Shown one piece after another: positions 11,440 through 23,130 of a stretch of DNA of 64,000 nucleotides (positions are counted from its first letter, which is position 1; each line of letters opens with the position of its first letter). The stretch is from Carcharhinus amblyrhynchos (lineage: Eukaryota). Location: assembly GCA_965287045.1 (NCBI GenBank), contig OZ336871.1:36084001-36148000 (forward strand), read 5' to 3'. The notes under the pieces were generated by a model. It was not told where the DNA came from. It made no database searches and was given only the letters and a program-made list of their open reading frames with translations. A program made the position numbers and the translations under genes.

Positions 11440-12652
11440 TTAGTCATGGCATGAATCAATTCCAGCCTCCTGGACTGTCTGGATCCACAACAATTTGCCT
11501 ACAGCTGCAACAAGTCCACAGTATACCCAGCCCTGCACTCAATCCTGGAACACATTGGTAACAAAGACACCCATTTCAGACTCCTGTTTATTGACTACAG
11601 CTCAGCCTTCAACACCATTATTCCTATGAAACTCATCTCCAAACTCTGTGGCCTAGGCTTCGTTTCCTCCCTCTGCAATTGGATCCTGAACTTCCTAACC
11701 CACAGACCACAATCAGTAAGGACAGGCAACAACACCTCCTCCACGATCATCCTCAACACTGGTGCCCTACAAAGCTGTGTTCTCAGCCCCCGACTATACC
11801 CTTCATACACCTATGACTGTGTGGCCAAATTCCCCTCCAACTCGATTTTCAAGTTTGCTGATGACACCACCCTAGTGGGTCAGATCGCCAACAATGATGA
11901 GATAGAGAATCTGATAAGCTGGCAACAATAATCTCTCCCTCAGTGTCAACAAAACGAAGGAGATTGTCATCAACTTCGGGAAGCATAGTAGAGAACATAC
12001 CCCTGGCTACATTAATGGGGATGGTAGAAATGGTTAGATGTCCAGATCACCAACAACCTGTTCTGGTCCCCACATGCTGACACTTTAGTTAAGAAAGCCC
12101 ACCAACACCTCTACTTTCTCAGAAGACTAAGGAAATTTGGCGTGTCAGCTACAACTCTCACCAACTTTTACAGATGCACCATAGAATGCATTCTTTCTGA
12201 TTGTATCTGCTTGGTATGGCTCCTGCCCTGCCCAAGATCCCAAGAATCTACAAAGGATTGTGAACGTAATCCATCTATCACGCAAACCAGCCTCCCATCC
12301 ATTAATTCTATCTACACTTCCTGCTGCCTTGGAAAAACAGCCAGCATAGTTAAGGATCCCACACACCCAGACACTTTCTCTTCTAGCTACTTCCTCCAGG
12401 AAAAAATCTTAGGTCACATACCAACCGACTCAAGAACACCTTCTTCCCTGCTGCCATCAGATTTTTGAATGGACTTACCTTGCAATTAAGTTAATCTTTC
12501 TCTACACCCTAGCTATAACTGTAATGCTACATTCTGCACTCTCTTGTTTCCTCCTCTATGAATGATATGCTTTGTCTGCATAGTGTGCAAGAAACAATAC
12601 TTTTTACTGTATACTAATACGTGACAATAATAAATCAAATCAAGTTCAATCA
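11440..12652 (+). mobile_element. Rex1/Babar LINE, 5'-truncated
   Basis: [53 protein letters not shown] and LTNFYRCTIECIL; 3' end gtgacaataataaatcaaatcaa. Confidence 0.92.
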
Positions 12653-12984
12653 AAATCCCGAGGGGAGTCTGGAAAAAACATCACAAATCACAGTAACCGG
12701 CAAAAAAGGCAGTGTCCTATTTACCTTCAGAAAATTGAAAAAATCTACAATGTCTCACAGCCTGACTCTTAAATCTAAGAGCACGTGTAAAGAAATTGAA
12801 CCAGCTGCTATGAAAGCCAAAGTGCATAAAATCATGACAGGCTTAACATTAATCCCTTCAACAGAATCCTGCAATAACCCTGATCTGACCTCATCTAAAG
12901 TACAACTCAGTACAGTCAGTAAGGGAAAGGGTATAGGGTTTTAGTTCTCTCCCAACTCTGTCTGTAATATAAGCCTTTATGCAA

Positions 12985-13573
12985 TCATGGAATCATAGAA
13001 TGGGTCCAGCATAGGAGGAGGCTATTTAGACCATTTCTACTGTGCCTGTGGCTGGCTATTTATAAGAGCTACTCAGCTAGATCCATGCCACAGCCATTCC
13101 CCATAGCCTTGCAAGTATTTTTCTCTTCAGATTCTTTTCCCTTTCTCTTTTGAAAATTGCATCTGAATCTGCCTATTTGATTCTAATAAAACACTGTGGG
13201 AAGAAATTTGTTCTTTTGCCTTAAGTCAGTGTCCTGTGACTCTCAATCCTTCCACCAATGTGAACAAGTTCTCTCCATCCACCCTGTCTAGAGTCCTTAT
13301 GATGTTGAATACCTATGCCAAATTTCCTCTCTACCTTCTCTCTCTAAGGAAAAACACAAGTATTTGAAGCAAGGGAAGGCTATTCAGCCCCTCAAACCTG
13401 TTCTGCCATTTGATAAGGTCATCGCTGTTCTGTGCCCTCAATTTCATTTTCCTGTCTGCCCTTCAAGCCAAACACTCATTATCTTTGACTCCATTACTGA
13501 TCAAAAATCCATCTAACTCAAACTCGAGTATGTTCAATGACAGAGCCTTCATTGCTCTCTGGGGATTAGAATT
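12985..13573 (-). mobile_element. Two old CR1 3' fragments; the second resumes at 15263
   Basis: Reverse-complement CR1 3'UTR and ORF2 C-terminal words (atcatagaat tail, ccttcattgctctctgggg...agaatt). Confidence 0.65.
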
Positions 13574-15262
13574 TTTGATTTGCTTTGATTTGGTTTGATT
13601 TATTATTGTCACATATATTAGTATACAATGAAAAGTATTGTTTCTTGAGCACTGTACAGACAAAGCATACTGTACATAGACAAGGAAACGAGAGAGTGCA
13701 GATTGTAGTGTTACAATTGTAACTAGGGTGTAGAGAAAGATCAACTTAATGCGAGGTAGGTCCATTCAAAAGTCTGATGCAGTAGGGAAGAAGCTGTTCT
13801 TGAGTTGGTCGGCACGTTTCCTCAGACTTTTGTATCCACTACAGTTTGCCTGCTGCCGCAACAAGTCCACAGCAGACTCCATTTCTCTGGCCCTGCACTC
13901 AACCCTGGAACATCTAGATAACAAGGACACCTATGTCAGACTCCTATTTATTGACTACAGCTCAGCCTTCAACACTATTATTCCCACAGAATTCATCTCC
14001 AAACTCCATGGCCTGGGCCTTGGCACCTCTCTCTGCGACTGGATCCTGAAGTTCCTAACCCACAGACCACAATCAGTAAGGATAGGCAACAATGCCTCCT
14101 CCACAATAATCCTCAACACTGGTGCCCCAAAATGCTGTATTCTCAGTCCTCCACTATATTCTTTATGCACCTATGATTGTGCAGCCAAATTCCCCTTCTA
14201 TTTGATTTTCAAGTTTGCTGACACACCACCGTAGTGGGTTGGATCTCAAATAATGACAAGATAGAGTACGGGAATGAGATAGAGAATCTGGTGAACTGGT
14301 ACGGCAACAATAATCTCTCCCTCAATGTCAACAAAACAAAGGAGATTGTCATCGACTTTAGGTAGCGTAAAGAGGACATACCCCTGCCTACATCAATGGA
14401 GATGAAGTAGAAAGGTTTGAGAGCTTCAAGTTTTTAGATGTCCAGATCACCAACAACCTGTCCATATTTCCCCATGCCGACACTATAGTTAACAAAGCCC
14501 ATCAACGCCTCTACTTTCGTAGAAGAATAAGGAAATTCGGCATGTCAGCTACGACACTCCCCAACTTTTACTGATGCACCATAGAAAGCATTGGTATGGC
14601 TCTTGCTTTGCCCAAGACCGCAAGGAACCACAAAAGGTGGTGAAGGTAGCCCAATCCATCATGCAAACCAGCTTCCCATCCATTGATTCTGTCTACACTT
14701 CCCGCTGCCTTGGCAAAGCAGCCAGCATAATTAAGGACCCCAAGCACTCTTCCACCTTCTTCTGTAAGGAAAAAGACACAAAAGTCTGAAGTCATGTACC
14801 AACCTACTCAAGAACAGCTTCTTCCCAGCTGCTGTCAGACTTGGAATGGACTTACCTTGCATTACGTTGATCTTTCTCCACACCCTAGCTATGACTGTTA
14901 CACTACGTTCTACACTCTCTTGTTTCTTTCTCTATGAATGGTATGTTTTGTCTGTATAACGTGCAAGAAATAATACTTTTAATTGTATGTTAATACATGT
15001 GCCAATAATAAATCAAATCAAATCAAAATCAATTTTTTTTGATGGAAAAAGGTGGAAGAGAGAATGTATGGGGTGTGTGGGGTCCTTAATCATGCCAGCT
15101 GCTTATCTGAAACAGTGGGAAGTGTCGACAGAGTCAGTGGATGGGCGGCTGGTTTGAGTGATGGATTGGGCTTTGTTCACAGCCCTTTGTAATTTCTTGC
15201 AGTCTTGGATAGAGCAGGAGCCATACCAAGCTGTGATCCAACCAGAAAGGATGCTTTCTATG
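13574..15262. mobile_element. Composite Rex1/Babar insertion: inverted 3' end (13574-13833, -), 5'-truncated body (13834-15030, +) and internal fragment (15045-15262, -)
   Basis: ORF 13749-14234 carries [26 protein letters not shown] and KFAD. Both outer ends of the first two parts carry the (aaatc)n tail in opposite orientation. Confidence 0.88.
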
Positions 15263-16270
15263 GTTCCATTCATTAACTCAGCTTTGAGAGAACAAGATTC
15301 TCCTTATCTCAGTAGTAAATGGGAAACACCTAATTTTTAAACCGTTTCCCCGGTTCTAGATTCTCCCACATGGGGGAACATCCTCTCGGCATCCAGCAGT
15401 CAGATCTCCTCAGGATATTATATGTTTTGATAAGATGACCGTTCATTCTTCAATAGGTATAGGCTCAACCCCTTTAACCTTTCCTCATAAGCTGATACTT
15501 TCATCCCAGGCTTCAGTCAAGTAAATCTCCTCTGAACAGATTGTATTGCACTATATCCTTTCTTGAGTAAGTAAACCAAAACTGTACAAGGTGCTCCAGG
15601 TTTGGAGCTCTGTACAAATGTAGCAATACTTCTCTACTTTTACATTCCATTTCCCTTGCAATAATCACAAACATTCTGTTTTCTTCCTCATCACTTGCTG
15701 TACCTGCATACTAATTTTTGTGATTAATTTACCAGGACACCCATATCCCACTGTGCAGTAGCGTTCGGCAGTTTCTCTCCTTTTAAATAGTACACTGCTT
15801 TTCTATCTTGCTACCAAAGTGAACAAGTTCCTAATTTCCCTCATTATAATCCATCTGCAAAATGTTAGTCCACCTTCACTTAACTTACCTAAATCACCTT
15901 TAGATTTTTTATGACCTCTTGACAGCTTATTTTCCTACCTATGTGTCATCAGCCTGTTTATTAGCCGAACATTAGGTCCCTTCAAGTCAGAGGTCACAAA
16001 TAATTGAGGACTGATACCTGTGGCACTCCACATTAGAGCTTGCCAATCTGAAAATGGCCCATTTATTCCTCTCTGTTACTTGTTAACTATCCTTTATTGA
16101 TACTGATACAACTGCTAACACCGGGAGTTCTTACTTTGTGAAATAACATTTGATGTGGCACCTTATCAAATGCTGCCCCAACCAATTCATGTAAATATAC
16201 CCCCATTCCTGGAGTCACTCTCATAAATCTTTTCTGCATCCTATCTCATGCCTTCCTATCCTTCCTAAAC
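15263..16270 (-). mobile_element. Old CR1 ORF2 RT region
   Basis: Reverse-complement CR1 words (tttgatgtggcaccttatcaaatgc, tgtgtcatcagc, gtaaaccaaaactgtacaag). Confidence 0.7.
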
Positions 16271-16407
16271 TGCAGCGCCCAGGTTTGGACAAAAATTAGT
16301 TGAGTTGAGGAAAATCAATAAAAGTTCAACATATTTCCTTGCTTTTGTACTCTCTGTCTCTATTTATAAAGCTATTGCTATAAGTGCTGCAAGACTGTGG
16401 ATGACAC

Positions 16408-16685
16408 AGTGGCACACTGCCTCTCAGCACCAGAGACCTGGGTTTGATTTCCAGCTTGGGTCACTGTCTGTGTGGAGTTTGCGTGTTATCTGCATGGGTT
16501 TCCTCTGGATGTTCCTGTTTCCTCCCACAGTCTGAAAAATGTGCTGGATAGGTGGATTGCCCAATGCTAAATTCTCCCTCAATGTACCTAAACAGGCTCC
16601 AGAGTGTGGAGACTAGGGGATCTTCACAGTACCTTCATTGCAGTGATAGTGTAAGCCTACTTGTGACACTAATAAATAAACTGTA
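16408..16685 (+). mobile_element. V-SINE with HE1-like head and an alternative, non-CR1 3' tail
   Basis: tRNA head and V-domain, then actaggggatcttcacagtaccttcattgcagtg...gtaagcctacttgtgacactaataaataaa. Confidence 0.8.
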
Positions 16686-17984
16686 AAAAAGAAATCCAAG
16701 AAAAAACATCTACTTCCAATACTTGAACGCAGATTTTAAGAGACTCACAAACAACTGCTCTTTTTTGCACTATAATTAAGTAAAATGGAATCCCATAATT
16801 CAGAGAGGAGGCATGGAGTAATTACAAGGAGATGATTATGCTCTGCATTTCTATGCATGCTCAAGTTTATTTTCAATTAGCAAAAGTAATAGTGTTAACT
16901 AATTTTAATTTATAACATGACAGGAGTAAAGGTAACATGAAAGGTGTCAGAAATCTCAGATTTTAGCTACCAGGGGATTTTCTTAATTCTCTTCTTCCTT
17001 TCTGAGCTACTTTTGAAGCAATACAAGAAAAAAGGCAAACGTAATTCATTTTTAATTTTGTGAAAACATAACGACATCTCGGAATTCTGTGAGAAATAAA
17101 ACCTCTTGTCAGAGGTGAAATTTTAAAAAGAATGGCATTTAAAACATCAACAGATTTAATGATTTGAGCATTAAACATGCACATATATTAAGAGACTGGC
17201 ATTTCAGTGCTGTCAAGCACTGCTGGTTGAAGACAGCCTTAGGGGGACCAGAAGGCCAATGGTGACTCATTGTCATCACTGTTGCCTTGTTACTACCTGT
17301 GAGACAGTCTCTGGTCTGTCTTGTTTAATAAAATCATTGCACTTTGTGTTTAAGGGATGACCTGCATTGAGACGGTAGCAGCTGCTTTTTGCAGCAGATG
17401 CAGTCATATGTCTCAGCATATTGATCTCTGCCAAGAGGTTTCATTGCAACAGCAACAAAAAGGTGATAATGACAAATCGCATGAAGTAACTAGCAGTGCA
17501 TAATTTACCTTTATTTTGTTTTTAATTGATGCATTCAGTATTTTCTTCTCCCTTATGGTTGCCCAACTTCACACTGTGCTAGATTTTCATCTTCAGTGCC
17601 TAGGCTGGCAGAGCTAGATCAGCCAGCCATTGTAGAGCTGTCAGTTTCCCATTCATTCAGTTTCAATGGAATGAATGTCAGGCAGTACGTAAACTGAGTG
17701 GGTGATCTGCCAGTGATTACCTCCCAGGCGCTGACAATGAAACTTCCTATTTCCAGTCGAGAGGCAGGAGAAACAGGTGACTGTATAGGCAGCCTACTTT
17801 TTGCCCAGCTGAGCTGCAGTTTGTGTGTTCGTGTTGTTCAGCTGCTGTTAGGCTCTGTATTCTGATATTTCTAGTTGTGTTCATTTTGCAGAGCCAATGG
17901 AGGATAATTTTGTTAACACATGCTTTTTCCATGCACAAACTGCACTGCATGCAGGAGTTAGAAAAGGTTGGCCAGAGGACTATC

Positions 17985-18232
17985 AAGTCCCTACACTGCA
18001 GAAACAGGTCATCCAGCCCATCAAGACTGCACCGACTTTTCAAAAGAGCATCCTTCACAGGCCCATGGCTAATCCACCTAGCCTGCACATCTTTAGACTA
18101 TGGGAGGAAACCAGAGCACCCGGAGAAAACACACGCAGACACGGGGAAAATGTGCAAACCCCACGCAGTCACTCAAGGCTGGAATCAGATCCAGGTCCCT
18201 GGTGCTGTGAGGCAGCAGTGCAAACCACTGTT
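17985..18232 (-). mobile_element. HE1-like V-SINE
   Basis: gggaggaaaccagagcacccggagaaaacacacgcagacacgggg...gtgaggcagcagtgc. Confidence 0.85.
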
Positions 18233-19064
18233 TCACTCCCAATTTTCAAGCCATCGAGCTGTAGACCATGATACATCTTGTTGGTAGACCCCAATAGGTT
18301 AGTCCTGAGGGAGGAGGGCAATGGTCGAGGGGGTAAAAGCAATTTTCATTTGTATTAATGTGCAGGCAGAAGCAGCCTGAATATTTGTTCCAAGGGTGGG
18401 ATTGCAGAGACAGGACATTTTCCAACTCAGGAGAAAGTAGCCCGGGAGGTTGGAGCTTTGTTCCAGGGTTCCCTGGGAGTCAGGCCAGTCAACCCCAGAA
18501 TGAGTATGGAGGATACAGGGTGCAGAGGCAGGCAGGGCGGATGTTTAGAACAAAACCAGAGGAACATAAAAGAGCCCAAATCCACTCACCCCTTGCACAC
18601 TCCCCATGCTCCATCCATTCCCCATCATGCCCCCAATCTCAATAGCCTGTTATACTCTTCTGCTCAATCCCCATGACTTTCATACCCTCCATGCCAAACT
18701 ATATCCCCCACCCTCCCCATCACCTGTTATGGCCTCCACGCCTACTTAGTGCCAACTCATGCCTCCCATTTACAATGTTTTGCCCTTACACCTGCCATGC
18801 CAACTCACCCTATACTGACCATGGACAGACCTTAGCACATACTGAGACTAAACAAAATTGCAATCTTTTTTGCAGATGACACAATCCATATTGAACCTAA
18901 CCCAATCATATCCAACCTGATGCAATCCATAACAACCTGACTGGCCCTGTCTCATGAAAACCGGGGCCCAGGTCCTTCAGGGGTCCATAAAAGGTACCAT
19001 CCTCAGCCTCGGGTGACCACTATACTACAGAGCCAAGACCCCAGTAGAGAACTCTTGCATCTCC

Positions 19065-21265
19065 CATTTGTTGGATATGGGTTGGGGTCAGGTTGGAATG
19101 GGTTGGGATGGGTTAGATTAGGGTTGGGTTAGATATGGGTTGGAGATGAGTTGGATAGGGTTCGATATGGGCTGGGGTCAGGTTGTATATGGGCTGGATA
19201 TGGGTTGGTTGTGGGTTAGGTCAGGTTGGAAGTGGGTTGGATTGGTTTGGATATGGGTTGGATAGAACTGGATATAGGTTTGGTTGGGCTGGATATGGGT
19301 TGCGCTGGATATGGGTTGGAGTCAGGTTGGACATAGGTTGGATCTTTTGGATATTGGTTGGGGCCGAGTTGGATAAGGGTTAAGTTGGGTTGGATATGGA
19401 TTGGGGTATTGTTGGATATGGGTTTGGTTGGGTTGGACTGGGTTAGATATGGGTTGGGTCAAGCTTGATATGAATTGGGCTTGGTTGGAATGGGTTGGGT
19501 TGAAAATGGGTTAGATTGTGTTGAATATGGGTTGGTTCGGATTGGATATAGGTTGGGTTGAGTTAGATATGGGTTGCTTTGGATATGGCTTGGAGTTGGG
19601 TTGGAATGGGTTGGGTCAGATTGGATATAATTTGGCTCGGGTTGGATATGGGTTGGGTATTCTGGATATTGATTGGGGTTTGGTTGGATAAGAGTTGAGT
19701 CGGGTTGGATATGGGTTGGGTTAGATATGGGTTGCTTTGGATATGGGTTGGAGTTGGGTCGGAATGGGTTGGGTCAGATTGGATATTGTTTGATCTGGTT
19801 GGATATGGGTTGGGTCTTTTGGATATTGGTTGGGGTCTAGTTCATAAGGGCTGGGTTGGGTTGGATATGGATTGGGGTTGGGTCAGAGATGAGTTGGATA
19901 CGGTTGGGGTCAGGTTGTATATGGGCTGGATATGGATCGGTTATGTGTTGGGTCAGGTTGGATATGGGTTGAATAGAGTTGGATATGGGTTTGGTTAGGT
20001 TGAATATGGGTTGCGCTGGATATGGGTTGGAGTCAGGTTGGACATGGGTTGGGTCTTTTGGTTATTGGTTGGGGCTGAGTTGAATAAGGGTTAGACTGGG
20101 TTGGAAATGGATTGGGGTTGTGTTGGTTATGGGTTCAGTTGAGTTCGATTGGGTTAGACATGGGTTGGGTCGGGTTGGAGATGAGTTGGATAAAATCATA
20201 GAATCTACAGTGCAGAAGGAGGCTATTTGGCCCATTGAGCTTGCATTGACAATCATCCCATCTGTAACCCCACATATTTACCTTCCTGATCCCCCTGACA
20301 TTAAGGGGCAATTTAGCATGGCCTCAATGGCACATCTTTGGACTGTGGGAGGAAACCAGAGCAGCTGGAGGAAACCCACTCAGGCACAGGGAGAATGTAC
20401 AAACTCCACACAGACAGTCACCCAAGGCCAGAATTGAATCCGGATCCCTGGCACTGTGAGGCAGCAGCGCTACCCACTGTGCCATCGTGCCGCCTATGTG
20501 TTAGATCATGTTGGACACTGGTTGGGTCAGGTTGGGTTAAGTTGGATGTGGGTTGGGTCAGTTTGAATATGGGTTGGGGTAGGTTGGATATGGGTCGGGT
20601 CTTTTGGATATTGGTTGGGGTCGAGTTGAACACGGGTTGGGTCGAGTTGGACGTGATTTGTGTCAGGTTGGATATTGGTGGGTTGGGTTGTATATGGATT
20701 GTGTCAGGTTGGATATGGGTGAGTTCATGTTGAATATTGGTTGGGGTCAAGTTAAACATGGGTTGGGGTCAAGTTAAACATGGGTCGGGGTCAAATTGAA
20801 CATGGGTTGAGTCATGGTGTGGGGTTGTGTTGGACATGGTTGGGTCGGGTTGGATATGGATTTGTTCGGTTTGGATTAGAGTTGAGTTAGATATGGGTTT
20901 GGTTGGGTTGTATATGGGTTTAGTTTGTGTTCTGTATGTGTTGGATCATTATGGATATGGGTTGGGGTTAAGTTGGCCATGAGTTGGAACAGGTTGGATA
21001 TGGTCTAGGATTGAGTTGGAAATGGTTTGGGGTAGAATTTGATATGGGTTGAAGCTGGTTAGGGTCATGTTGAATATAGGTTGGGTTGGGGTGTTTATGG
21101 GTTAGGGTTGTGTTGGATATGAGTTGCGGTCATGTTGGATATGTGTTGGATTAGAATTATATGGGTTTTGTCAGGTTGGATATGGATTAGGGTTGAGTTG
21201 GTTATGGGTTGGTGTCATGTTGGATAAGGGTTGGGGTTGAGTTGAATATGGGTAGGTTGGGTTAA
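19065..21265 (+). repeat. G/T-rich satellite built from GGGTT and GGATAT words, interrupted by a SINE
   Basis: About 2.2 kb of ttggatatgggttgggt-like units, very C-poor on the + strand; an inverted C-rich piece lies at 18880-18940. Confidence 0.92.
20195..20493 (-). mobile_element. HE1-like V-SINE inserted in the satellite
   Basis: atcatagaatctacagtgcagaaggaggc tail through gactgtgggaggaaaccagagc to cactgtgccatcgtgccgcc head. Confidence 0.9.
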
Positions 21266-21450
21266 AAAGTTGGGATTATGATTGTCCATTTAAAAATGTT
21301 TAACCTCTCACCCAGGGAGGAGGGTCAAAATTCTCCCAAGGCTCTAAATTGATAGTCTCCAAAAATGTTAGGAGCAGGAAGACTAACTTTATATTGAAAA
21401 CTTTCTGATGAATGTGTTATGTAATTATTGGCTTCACCATCACATTGGAA

Positions 21451-22355
21451 CTGAAACAGAAGCAGAAACCTATCTCAATCCAATTGACTTTTACAGATTA
21501 GTGATTTATTCCACGTCTGGTTTTAGTTAATGTATAATCTCTGATATCTATTGTGTACTTAAATATGCAAAGGTTGGCACGGTCTGTAGATGTTGCATAA
21601 TTGCTCCAGAATTTGCTAGGTTTTTCCAACATTTCTGTCCATCAACAATTGCAAAATAATTCTCACCATTGTCCTCCAGCAACTTCCAGTATTATCAGTC
21701 CTGAAGCAGAGACAGAAACAAATAAAAGAATTGATATTCTGATTAGTGCGTCACCAGTACATCATTGTATTGTACACGGAACAAACAAATCAGCACTCTC
21801 AGTTCTCCATTCTATCTGTCTCGGGCTCCATCCAGTGGACATTCAGTTAACTTTCAGCAGAAGATAAAAAGTTGATCCTTAAGCTTGAAGAGGCTTGACA
21901 CGAAGTTTCAAAGGTCACTTTTTGAAGTGTTTGATAAAGTATCAAGAAACAGGAAATCTAGCTCTAACACTTGTATCACAATGCAGTCTTGTATCACACG
22001 TTTGCTCAAAATTCAGGTAAAGTCAATGCAAAATGATTCACGAGTGCATAGTTACCAGTGGTTCAGAGGTTGCAGCTTTATGGACAGATAAAGGATGGAG
22101 AACTTTTTGTGCTGATTTGTCTCTTCTGGGTATAATAATGATACTAATATAGTGATGTAAGAATGACGCACTCATCAGGATATTGATTCTTTTATTAATA
22201 TCTGTGTTATGTTTGCAGCACTATGTATACATAAAGAATGGAGAACTCTGTGTATTAATTTGTTTCTTCTGGGTAGAATGAAGATACTAATATAGTGGTA
22301 TAAGAGTGACACACTGATCAGGATACAGATTCTTTTATCTGTGTCTGCGTTTCAG
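21451..22355. repeat. Four related units, two per strand (three of ~120 bp, one partial), each ending in a branch point/polypyrimidine/CAG-like motif
   Basis: 21701-21822 is the reverse complement of 22083-22218 and of 22231-22355 (shared atggagaact..tg..t.atttgt...ca.ctnatcag.ata...attcttttat). 21451-21505 is a partial fourth copy. Confidence 0.7.
21667..21700 (-). other. Candidate 34-nt exon
   Basis: Branch point ctaat, acceptor cttttatttgtttctgtctctgcttcag and donor ATG|gtgaga. Confidence 0.3.
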
Positions 22356-22554
22356 TGTTTGAATTGGGATGATGCAGCTTAGATCTCTTTCTTCACAAAG
22401 ATTTCAATCCCAAACATGTCCCTTTAGTTGGAGAGATGGAAATCCATTCTGGATGATGAGAGGGAAGTAAAGTCAGAAAGCTCTTGCATATTCCTGAAGG
22501 AATAGCATTGGTAGTAACAAAGCTGAACTGCTGACCACAAGCCTCATTTCACAA

Positions 22555-23070
22555 AGTCACAAAATATTTGAGGCAAAGGTGGTCATATGACCTATTTTAA
22601 TTTATTCATCCAGAATAACCCAAACTTCCCTTTGCTGCATCAAATTGTTGCTTAAATAACTTTGAGGTCTTTGCTTCCAGCACTCTGTGAGCGACCCATT
22701 CGAAATACCAATTACTGTCAACGTGAAGAGCTTTAAATGCCAGTCCAGTCCTAAACTTAGATCTTGTTAGTTTGAATCTGTGATCTGTTGGCCTACATCC
22801 ACATTTTAACTTGCAATAAATACTATGTCTGACTAACCTTTTCTTATACCAGTTTGCAGCTTATACATCTCTACAAAATCACCTCTCTGGTGCCTTCATT
22901 TCAGGATTAAAAGCCCAAGTTTCTCAATCTTTCTGAATAATGCAGACCATCTCGAGCAAGGGGTCCACTTGTTGCCCCAAATCCCTCACCACCTGTAGCA
23001 CTTAAATGGCTACCCAGTTTCTGGGCAACCGGAATAGGACACGGAGATTAAGATATGGTCTAACCTCAGC
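22555..23070 (-). mobile_element. Very old CR1 3' region
   Basis: Degenerate reverse-complement CR1 words (aaaatcacctctc...ttcagg, aagcccaagtttctcaatct). Confidence 0.5.
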
Positions 23071-23130
23071 ACTGAAAATAGGAACAGGGGTAAGTCATTT
23101 TGCCCCTCAAATCCGTTCCACTATGCGGTA

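Noticed and set aside
19065-21265. Interstitial telomere, Ig switch region or Gly/Trp-rich protein
   Set aside because: TTAGGG is rare and never tandem, AGCT motifs are essentially absent, and the ORFs are by-products of the repeat.
21700-22355. V(D)J recombination signals, MHC SXY promoter, C/D snoRNAs or hammerheads in the repeated units
   Set aside because: No CACAGTG heptamer at a 12/23 spacing, no Y box after tgcgtca, TGATGA is present in only one copy with no D box, and no GAAA follows the CTGATGA.
22360-22493. Minus-strand exon starting at the ttccttcag acceptor
   Set aside because: All frames close within about 35 codons, there is no clear donor and no recognisable peptide.
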